From Candidatus Sumerlaeia bacterium (GTDB lineage Bacteria; Sumerlaeota; Sumerlaeia; SLMS01): a stretch of 13,971 nucleotides of DNA. Every line of letters starts with the position of its first letter. Within the stretch, counting starts at the first letter, position 1. Shown here piece by piece: positions 1 through 8,255 of this stretch. Both the position numbers and the translations under genes were made by a program. The stretch spans positions 1-13,971 of the forward strand of contig JBBQYG010000102.1 in NCBI GenBank assembly GCA_038208905.1, given 5' to 3'. The notes beneath the pieces were generated by a model. The model had not been told where the DNA came from. It saw nothing but the letters and a program-made list of their open reading frames with translations, and ran no database searches.

Positions 1-452
1 TCCAACGCCGCGCGGGACAACTCCAACGCGTCGCCAAACCACTGCCGCCGGTTGGCAAGCTCCGCCAGCGCCAACAGGCCCGTGGCGTGGCCCGGGTGCT
101 GCTCGCCATAGTGGAGGCGCCGCTCCAGCGCGCTGCGCGCCAGCACGGCCTCCGCGCCCTCGTAGTCCTCGAGCCGCGCCAGCGCGTTGCCATAGTTCAG
201 CAGATAGGAGAGGCGATCGCGCGCCGCCTGCTCGTTGCCGGGAAACTCGGTCGCGCCCGCATCGCGGAAGCACTGGGCCGCCGTCTCGTGGTCGCCGGCA
301 AAGGTCAGCACCATGCCCAGGTCATTGCTCGCCGTGGCAAACTCCGCGCTCTCCCGCCCGTGCTCGCGCTCCGCCTCCATCATGGCGATGCGCGCGCCAT
401 CGGCGGCCTCCGCATAGCGCCCTTCGGCGACCAATTCCTTCCAAGGCATCAT
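1..452 (-). CDS. Tetratricopeptide-repeat (TPR-like) protein, 5' part; continues beyond the left edge
   Basis: Manual translation of the minus strand from ATG 452 (GGAG 9 nt upstream; alternative in-frame ATGs at 449 and 467) is open to position 1: MMPWKELVAEGRYAEAADGARIAMMEAEREHGRESAEFATASNDLGMVLTFAGDHETAAQCFRDA...YLLNYGNALARLEDYEGAEAVLARSALERRLHYGEQHPGHATGLLALAELA... The 'NDLG..L...GD...A', 'NYGNAL..L.DYE.A' and 'YGEQHP' patterns resemble kinesin-light-chain-type TPRs. Not in the ORF track because it has no stop in the window. Confidence 0.8.
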   Translation of the reverse strand, partial: MMPWKELVAEGRYAEAADGARIAMMEAEREHGRESAEFATASNDLGMVLTFAGDHETAAQCFRDAGATEFPGNEQAARDRLSYLLNYGNALARLEDYEGAEAVLARSALERRLHYGEQHPGHATGLLALAELANRRQWFGDALELSRAAL

Positions 453-538
453 GCGAACGGACTCCATCGTGGGATCACTTCATGGCGCGCGCGGCACCGG
501 TGGAAAAGCTCCGGTCCGCGCCAGCGCTTCACAACGGG

Positions 539-577
539 AAAAGAAAGGAGCCCCGCAGGTGAATCCCGCGGGGCTCC
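539..577 (-). terminator. Rho-independent terminator of rplS
   Basis: Minus strand reads GGAGCCCCGCGGG-ATTCA-CCTGCGGGGCTCC-TTTCTTTT: 13-bp stem (one G-U) plus U-tract, ~35 nt after the rplS stop. Confidence 0.9.
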
Positions 578-610
578 GTGTCAGCCGGTCTGGCGCGACG
601 GCGGTCGCGA

Positions 611-1078
611 TTACTCTTGGGGGGCCTCGGCGGCGGGTGCCGCAGCCTTTGGCGCGTTGGAGCTTGCGGTCTCGATCTGGGCAAGGCGGGCCTTGCCGCC
701 CGAGGCAGCCTCCGCGGCCAGCTTGTTGTCGGCCACGCGGCGCTCGACCAGGCGAGCGCGCTTGCCGCGCAGATCGCGCAGGTAGTACAGCTTGGCGCGG
801 CGGACCTTGCCGCGGCGGATGACCTTGACTTCCTCGATGCGTGGGCTGTGGAGCTGGAACACGCGCTCCATGCCGACGCCAAGGCTCACGCGGCGGACCA
901 TGAAGGTCTCGCGGATGCCCGAGCCACGGCGCCCGATCACCAGGCCCTCGTAGTCCTGAACGCGTTCCTTCTCGCCCTCGCGGATCTTCACCGACACGCG
1001 GACGGTGTCGCCGGGGCGGAAGTAGGGGATGTTGGTCTTGAGGTGACCGGCTTCTAGGTCGCGGATAATCTGATTCAT
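611..1078 (-). CDS. rplS: 50S ribosomal protein L19 with Ala-rich C-terminal extension
   Basis: [29 protein letters not shown]...[22 protein letters not shown]...[19 protein letters not shown] matches the L19 signature; AAGGT upstream of ATG. Confidence 0.98.
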   Translation of the reverse strand: MNQIIRDLEAGHLKTNIPYFRPGDTVRVSVKIREGEKERVQDYEGLVIGRRGSGIRETFMVRRVSLGVGMERVFQLHSPRIEEVKVIRRGKVRRAKLYYLRDLRGKRARLVERRVADNKLAAEAASGGKARLAQIETASSNAPKAAAPAAEAPQE

Positions 1079-1094
1079 GGCACTTTACCTTTGC

Positions 1095-1164
1095 CCGGCG
1101 CCGCTTGGGGCCCGGGGAGTCATTTTCCTGAGCGCAGAGGGTGCTCCCGGGGCAGCGCCGCCGG
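1095..1164 (-). promoter_or_regulatory. Candidate structured 5' leader of rplS
   Basis: Nested complementary segments 1095-1100/1159-1164, 1102-1105/1154-1157, 1111-1119/1144-1151 and an inner CUG-cgcu-CAG hairpin; ends 16 nt before the start codon. Confidence 0.35.
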
Positions 1165-1187
1165 TGTCCATACGCGGAAAGCCGGGA

Positions 1188-1217
1188 AGGAAACGGCGGC
1201 AGGGGGGGGCGATGCAA
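1188..1217 (-). promoter_or_regulatory. Putative rplS promoter
   Basis: Minus strand (CG)TTGCAT-N18-TTTCCT with a C-rich spacer containing a C8 run; similar to other promoter-like motifs in this window. Confidence 0.35.
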
Positions 1218-1244
1218 CGGTAAAGTGGGATATTTTGCCACCCA

Positions 1245-1385
1245 CGCCGGGAACTCCTGGAACTCCCATCCACGCAGCAGGGCGGCTTGTAAGCTCCGGA
1301 AACCAATCGTCCCGCCGCTCCCGCGGCGATTTCGCGATGGCCCAACGAGTTGGAAATCGTCACGGAGGTTTAGGAGTTCTTGGCG
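1245..1385 (+). repeat. 141-bp element bounded by a 22-bp imperfect inverted repeat (hairpin repeat or structured RNA)
   Basis: CGCCGGGAACTCCTGGAACTCC (1245-1266) pairs with GGAGGTTTAGGAGTTCTTGGCG (1364-1385): 17 Watson-Crick pairs, 4 G-U pairs and 1 mismatch. Internal hairpins also present, e.g. CGATTTC/GAAATCG and CCGC-tccc-GCGG. Confidence 0.6.
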
Positions 1386-1400
1386 CCCATGTCTCTGGCC

Positions 1401-1532
1401 CACGGTAGCAGGGGCATCCCTGCCGGTCCGCTGTAGCCTCGGCGAAGGAGGACCCACGCGGTCCCACCAGTTTCCGCGTTCCGCCGAGGGTTCTGGCCGC
1501 CTGCATGGGCGAGACGCACCGTCGCTACCGTG
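1401..1532. repeat. REP/REPIN-like palindromic element (GTAG...CTAC ends)
   Basis: Perfect terminal inverted repeat CACGGTAGC (1401-1409)/GCTACCGTG (1524-1532). GTAG is followed by the hairpin GCAGGG-gcat-CCCTGC. Internal stems CCTCGGCG/CGCCGAGG and ACGCGG/CCGCGT; degenerate right-hand palindrome CATGGGCGAGACGCACC..GCTAC. Confidence 0.6.
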
Positions 1533-1552
1533 CTCAGCGCCCCGCATTCGCG

Positions 1553-1583
1553 TTGACCTCCACCCGCCCCCTGCCCAAATCCT
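1553..1583 (+). promoter_or_regulatory. Putative promoter of the response regulator
   Basis: TTGACC-N19-AATCCT, 45 nt upstream of the ATG, which is preceded by GAGAGG. Confidence 0.4.
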
Positions 1584-1628
1584 TTCAATCAACACCAGAG
1601 CATCCCGCAGCGCCCCCGAGAGGTCCCC

Positions 1629-2024
1629 ATGGCGGACAGCACCCGAGCCCGAATCCTCGCCGTTGACGACGAGAACGACATCCTGCTGATCCTCCGGACG
1701 GCGCTCAAGGACGACTACGACGTCTCCACCGCCCAGAGCGGCCCCGACGCCCTCGCCAAAATGGAGGAGGACATCCCCGACCTCGTCATCCTCGACATGA
1801 TGATGCCCGGGATGGACGGCATGAGGGTCCTCGAGGCCATCCGCCGCAACCCCAACACCGCCACCGTCCCCGTCATCTTCCTCACCGGCGTCACCGACCG
1901 CGCCAAAGTCCGCGAAGCCCTCGACAAGGGCACCTCCTACTACATCGTCAAACCCTTCACCCACCACGACCTCATGAGCAAGGTCGGAATCGCGCTGAAG
2001 GAAGCCCAGGGAGCGGGGTTTTAG
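1629..2024 (+). CDS. Single-domain response regulator (CheY-like receiver)
   Basis: ILAVDDE acidic pocket, PDLVILDMMMPGMDG phospho-acceptor Asp, VIFLTG (Thr), YIVKPF (Lys); no output domain; RBS GAGAGG. Confidence 0.95.
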   Translation: MADSTRARILAVDDENDILLILRTALKDDYDVSTAQSGPDALAKMEEDIPDLVILDMMMPGMDGMRVLEAIRRNPNTATVPVIFLTGVTDRAKVREALDKGTSYYIVKPFTHHDLMSKVGIALKEAQGAGF

Positions 2025-2218
2025 GTCCGGAACCTGTCCCTGATATCAGACACATCGGTATGGCTATTTGGCGACTTCCTGAAGTTGAGTCGCCTTGGTA
2101 GTAGAATCTCGAAGCGGCCGGGGTCTTTTTCGTCGGCTGTGGCCAGCGGCGCGTGGCGAGGCGTCGAATTCCGCCCCCTTCCTCGGCCGGGTTTTTCCTT
2201 TTTTTCATCCTTGTTCTC

Positions 2219-2247
2219 TTGTATATCGGGGCGGCAAAAGTTATACT
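2219..2247 (+). promoter_or_regulatory. Canonical sigma70-type promoter in an AT-richer patch
   Basis: TTGTAT-N17-TATACT, upstream of RBS AAGGAG and ATG 2302. The -10 is flanked by the inverted repeat CGGCAA/TTGCCG. Confidence 0.55.
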
Positions 2248-2301
2248 AACGATATTGCCGTCAGTAGACCAAGTCAGGTCTAACAAGGAGCAAATTCACC
2301 C

Positions 2302-2437
2302 ATGAAGCACTTGGTTCGCGCCGTCGCCGTTGGGCACTGCCAGCCAGCGCCCCTCCGGCGACAGGGCCGTGGACATATCCTACGACCTCGCGAACGGCAA
2401 CGGCCCGATGACGGTATCCACCTCCGACCGTTCATGA
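2302..2437 (+). pseudogene. Frameshifted, truncated remnant of a probable secreted protein gene
   Basis: Strong RBS and ATG give MKHLVRAVAVG (signal-peptide-like start). The +1 frame from 2336 reads TASQRPSGDRAVDISYDLANGNGPMTVSTSDRS*, resembling from memory the 'AQRP...VDI.YDL....G...TVS' N-terminal beta module of large secreted proteins. Confidence 0.4.
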
Positions 2438-2513
2438 CCGACCTCAATACAGCAATCACAGAACGGGGGACCGCCCCGCCCGAGGCGCAGCAAGACGGCG
2501 AAGGACTCTCATC

Positions 2514-2678
2514 ATGTTTATCCGACTGATCCCCAAGGTCTTCTATGCCGATATCAAGGTGGGCTTGGAGCTATTTGTGGGGTGTCTGGGTTTTCAGGTG
2601 CTCTATCAGGACGCTGCGATTTCCGTTCTCGGGAGGGACGGGGCAAAGGTGTACCTGATCGAGAACGCAGAGCTGGCG
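2514..2678 (+). pseudogene. N-terminal half of a VOC/glyoxalase-bleomycin resistance superfamily protein
   Basis: MFIRLIPKVFYADIKVGLELFVGCLGFQVLYQD...VLGRDGAKVYLIE fits the first beta-alpha-beta-beta-beta module ('P....D....L.F....LGF.V'); the second module is missing; RBS AAGGA. Confidence 0.6.
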
Positions 2679-2741
2679 ACTGCCCAGATTCTTGCGGAGT
2701 ATCCCGCGTTGGAAGCCTAGGACATCCGCCAGTGTTTACTC
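2679..2741 (+). pseudogene. DUF433-like (putative antitoxin) C-terminal fragment with internal stop
   Basis: In-frame continuation TAQILAEYPALEA*DIRQCLL resembles the DUF433 motif 'T.EEIL..YP.L..EDI..CL'; TAG at 2718-2720 sits where GAG (Glu) is expected. Confidence 0.55.
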
Positions 2742-2779
2742 GTGGAACGCCAACCCATCGGCGTAACCCCAACTTCCCG

Positions 2780-2810
2780 TTGAGCCCCCACCCGCTTCGC
2801 CCGCAAACCT
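2780..2810 (+). promoter_or_regulatory. Putative thrS promoter
   Basis: TTGAGC-N19-AAACCT with C-rich spacer, 57 nt before the thrS ATG. Confidence 0.4.
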
Positions 2811-2867
2811 ACCGCCCCCGGCGGTGGCTGGCCGGGGCATCACTCGATTTCAGGAAAGCGGATCATC

Positions 2868-5024
<2,157 letters not shown>

Positions 5025-5058
5025 CCGCGGGGCGCGGGCTGACACGTCCCCCAGATGA

Positions 5059-5100
5059 AACGATGCCGCCCTCAATTCAAGGAGGGCGGCATCGTTCTTT
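5059..5100. terminator. Hairpin terminator between convergent thrS and MATE genes (possibly bidirectional)
   Basis: Perfect 15-bp stem AACGATGCCGCCCTC (5059-5073)/GAGGGCGGCATCGTT (5082-5096), 8-nt loop, followed by CTTT; short A-run on the left. Confidence 0.8.
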
Positions 5101-5145
5101 CCATGCGCGGCATGGGAATCCGGCGTGCGGGGCGGGGCGCCCGCG

Positions 5146-6609
5146 CTACGCCGTCCCCTCCCGCCCGATCATGTCGATGGCCTTCCACGTTCCGAACCAA
5201 TATCTAAGCACATTGATCGCGGCGATGAAGAAGATATACAGCGTACACGCGGCCCACGCGGCATAGAGGCCGTGGTTTGGCGTCGCGAAGCTATCCTTGA
5301 AGTAGGCGATCAGCAGGCATGGGCCGGTCAGCAGGAGCTGGGAGAAGACGATCGACACCAGCATGACGAATCGAGTGTCGCCCGCGCCCTTAAGCGCCCC
5401 GCTATACACCAGGAGCCACGCGTCCACCAGCGTATAGACGCCGACGAAGATCAGCAGCAGCTTGGTCAGGCGCACGGCCTCCTGCCATTCCGCCTCGGGC
5501 GTGCCGCCGCGGAACCAATGGAGCAGCCCCTCGGGGTATCCGATATAGACGATCATCACGAGGGCCATGTAGATCGTGGTGATCAGGGCGGCGCCCGCGG
5601 CCATGCGTTCGACCCCGCGAAGGTTGCGCGCCCCACAGAGCTGGCCCGCCATGATCTGAGTCGCGGCGTGCATACCCAGCGCGGGAATGAAGAGGAAGAA
5701 GTTGATGTTCATCGCCAGGTTGCTGGCGCGCTGGGCCGCATAGCCAAAAACGCCCACGACCATCATGAACGTGGTAAAGCCCGACATGTCGATGACCGAG
5801 TGAATTCCCGAGGGCATTCCGAAACGCAGGAGCCGCTTCAGCAGGGTGCCATCGGGCCGCCAACCACTCCACACGCCGAAGCGACGCTCGTTCTCCCGAT
5901 TCGCCGCAATCAGCGCGACGAAGATCAGGAAACCGACCCCCGTTGAAATGACCGACGCCCACGCGGCGCCCATGATGCCGCTCGGGAAGATCCAGATCGG
6001 CGCGAAGATCATCCACGTGTTGAGGCAGATATTGAGCAGGCAGACGACCGCGCTCACAAAGAGCACAAGCCCCGTCCGCCCCATGCCCACGAAGTAGCTG
6101 TAGGCGGTCGTGTTTAGCAAGGCGGGGATACTCCCCAGCATCATCACTTTGAAGTACTCCGCTTCCAGCCGCGGCAGGTGGCCATCGTGGCCGATCAATC
6201 GGAAGATCGGATACCCGATGTTGGCGAGCACCGTGAGGAGCGCTCCGCCAGCGAGCGCGACATACAACGCCTGCCACACGATCGGCCCCGCGCGGCGCTC
6301 GTCCTCCGCCCCGATGAACTGCGCCACAAACGTGGAGCAATACGCCACCGTGTGGTGGAAGAAACCAAGGATGGCCCAGTACATCATCCCCGCCTGCAGC
6401 GCGGCGGTGAACTCGTCCTGCGAATTCCACGCGAGGAACATGCGGTCAAAAAACTGGTTAATCGCCATCACCGCGTTGGAAAGAATCAGCGGGATGGCGA
6501 TGACAAGGATGTTTCGTATGCCGTCGGCACCCTGCCACCGCGGTCGGATGAAGATGCGGCCACGGGGTGGCCTCGCCGATGGCGAGGGGACGACTGGTTG
6601 TGCAGGCAT
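5146..6609 (-). CDS. MATE family efflux transporter
   Basis: 487 aa with about 12 hydrophobic segments; 'IAIPLILSN.......FFDRMFL', 'FVAQFIGA', 'LKRLLRFGMPSG', 'SGALKGAGDTRF' are MATE-like; RBS GAGGT. Confidence 0.92.
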   Translation of the reverse strand: MPAQPVVPSPSARPPRGRIFIRPRWQGADGIRNILVIAIPLILSNAVMAINQFFDRMFLAWNSQDEFTAALQAGMMYWAILGFFHHTVAYCSTFVAQFIGAEDERRAGPIVWQALYVALAGGALLTVLANIGYPIFRLIGHDGHLPRLEAEYFKVMMLGSIPALLNTTAYSYFVGMGRTGLVLFVSAVVCLLNICLNTWMIFAPIWIFPSGIMGAAWASVISTGVGFLIFVALIAANRENERRFGVWSGWRPDGTLLKRLLRFGMPSGIHSVIDMSGFTTFMMVVGVFGYAAQRASNLAMNINFFLFIPALGMHAATQIMAGQLCGARNLRGVERMAAGAALITTIYMALVMIVYIGYPEGLLHWFRGGTPEAEWQEAVRLTKLLLIFVGVYTLVDAWLLVYSGALKGAGDTRFVMLVSIVFSQLLLTGPCLLIAYFKDSFATPNHGLYAAWAACTLYIFFIAAINVLRYWFGTWKAIDMIGREGTA

Positions 6610-6723
6610 GGGCCTACCTCAAGAGGGAAACGGGGACGCGGCACCAACGATGCGGGCCGTGGATTGTAGAAGGGTTTCTGGGGAAGGCCGGAGGTGGTTA
6701 CCGGCGATTCGCAGTGACTCTAT

Positions 6724-8106
6724 TCATCGTTTCCCTCGAAGCAGCAGGCGCGCAATTTCCGCAAGTCCGAAAAGCAGGATCAGTGCGGCGCTGACCGGGA
6801 GGGCCAGCAGAAACACAATGGGCGACAGATACCATGGCCCGCCGGAAGTGTCGGTCGTTGCCCGAGGTGGCGAGTAGCTGATGTGCCCCTTGGCGCTCTT
6901 CTTCCGCGCGGCAGGCTTGTCCGCCTCCGGCGTGGGACCTTCCGGCATGGCAATCACCGGGGCGGACTTGCCGCCGCGCACGCGCGGATCGCGGCACCAG
7001 TCAGCCAATGGCCCGATGGTCTTGTCCCATGTATAGCTTGCGCGGATCAGGTCCTGTGCGTTGCGGCTGCGGCGCTCGACGTCCTCGCGATGGCCAAGCA
7101 GGCGGCCCACAAGCTTCGCCACGCCCTCGCGGTCGTCCTCCGCAAAGGTCCACCCCGCCTTGCCGCGCTCGATGGGTTCGGCCAGCTCGTCGAAGGTATT
7201 GTGAATCGTCGGCAACCCCGCCCACATATAGGTGATCGTGCGCGTGGGGAACGCCAGCTCGCGTTCGGCGTTCCGCGTCATCAGGTCAAGTGCCACGCCG
7301 GCCCCGCGAAGCTGGATCAGCATCTTGTCAAACGGCATCACTGGCAGCATCTCCACGCGCGGGCTCTTTGCCAGGAACTCCATCAGCGTGTCGAAGCGCC
7401 CGCCCGATACATCGCCGCCGGGATGGGCTCCGCCAATGAAGAGGAGACGCCCGCGATCCTTCTCCTCCAGCACCTCGATGGTCGTGCGCAGGATCATTTC
7501 GGGATTCTGCCACGGGAGGAACATGCCCCCATAGATGAACGTGGCGTGGTCGCGGCCCGGGGTCGGCTGGGGCAGCTCTGGAGAAACTGAAAACGGAATC
7601 ACCGGACACAGGTTGGCGCGCGGGTCGTGGCCCGCCTGGATCAGGAAGGGCAGGAAGTAGTGGCGCTGGAACGCGCCGCTGCACACCACGAAATCCGCCG
7701 CTGCCAGCGCGCGCAGCTTCTCCGCAAGATCGCCCGCGGGGTTCGCCGAATTCCACAGGCGACGCTCCAGCAGATGGGGCCCCGCAAGGTCGATGGCGAG
7801 CGGACACGGCAGCGGCCTGCGGATCTCGGAGAAAAGGGGCCAGTGCTGGAGCACCACCGCATCGGGCGCCTGCTCCGCGATGAAGTCGTCCAGCCTGCCG
7901 CGCTCGAATGTGGCGATGCCGGGCACGGCGGAAAGGTCCACCTGCTTGCCGCGAATCGCATCGGCTGCAAAGGCGATCGTCACGTTGCGAAGGCCCGCCG
8001 ACCGCAGGCCGAAGCCAAGGCTCCACGCCCGCAGGCCCGCGCCCGTTGTGGCAAGCCCGGGGAGGGGGAGTGGTTCCGTCGTCAGAATGAGGATCTTCGC
8101 CGCCAT
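6724..8106 (-). CDS. Glycosyltransferase (GT-B fold, GT4-like) with putative C-terminal membrane anchor
   Basis: N-terminal 'KILILT.......GAGLRAWSL...L', 'ADFVVCS...QR', 'FIYGGMFLPWQ', 'FPTRTITYMWAGLPTI', 'YTWDKTI.PL'; ends in a Pro/Lys-rich linker and hydrophobic WYLSPIVFLLALPVSAALILLFGLA. Confidence 0.75.
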   Translation of the reverse strand: MAAKILILTTEPLPLPGLATTGAGLRAWSLGFGLRSAGLRNVTIAFAADAIRGKQVDLSAVPGIATFERGRLDDFIAEQAPDAVVLQHWPLFSEIRRPLPCPLAIDLAGPHLLERRLWNSANPAGDLAEKLRALAAADFVVCSGAFQRHYFLPFLIQAGHDPRANLCPVIPFSVSPELPQPTPGRDHATFIYGGMFLPWQNPEMILRTTIEVLEEKDRGRLLFIGGAHPGGDVSGGRFDTLMEFLAKSPRVEMLPVMPFDKMLIQLRGAGVALDLMTRNAERELAFPTRTITYMWAGLPTIHNTFDELAEPIERGKAGWTFAEDDREGVAKLVGRLLGHREDVERRSRNAQDLIRASYTWDKTIGPLADWCRDPRVRGGKSAPVIAMPEGPTPEADKPAARKKSAKGHISYSPPRATTDTSGGPWYLSPIVFLLALPVSAALILLFGLAEIARLLLRGKR

Positions 8107-8255
8107 GCGTGCCCGCTGCCGTTTCGAGTGAGTATTTGCGGGTCATGTTGTGGGGCGGCGGACGGTGGGCAAGCGGAGTGGCGGCCCCCCGTGGCGAATA
8201 GGGAAGAGGCGATCTGTGCTGACCGAAACCCGCCCGAACTGTGCCCCGCCAACGG

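Noticed and set aside
87..785. 232-aa plus-strand ORF
   Set aside because: Antisense to the TPR-like gene and the rplS 3' end; the minus-strand frame is the protein-like one.
1079..1628. CRISPR array, tRNA, SRP, 6S or tmRNA in the long intergenic region
   Set aside because: No regularly spaced direct repeats, no cloverleaf or T-loop, and none of the conserved motifs of these RNAs.
480..1967. 495-aa minus-strand ORF spanning the response regulator, intergenic region and rplS
   Set aside because: Composite of antisense and off-frame sequence, Arg/Pro/Gly-rich, crosses a terminator; artefact of stop-codon scarcity.
2040..2095. CTGATATCAG palindrome and GGCGACT/AGTCGCC hairpin after the response regulator
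   Set aside because: Short, no proper U-tract; cannot be distinguished from chance.
2232..2283. GGCAAA...TTGCCG segment as a c-di-GMP-I riboswitch
   Set aside because: Lacks the GNRA-capped P2 and the GCAAAGC/P3 elements; better explained as a promoter with a flanking inverted repeat.
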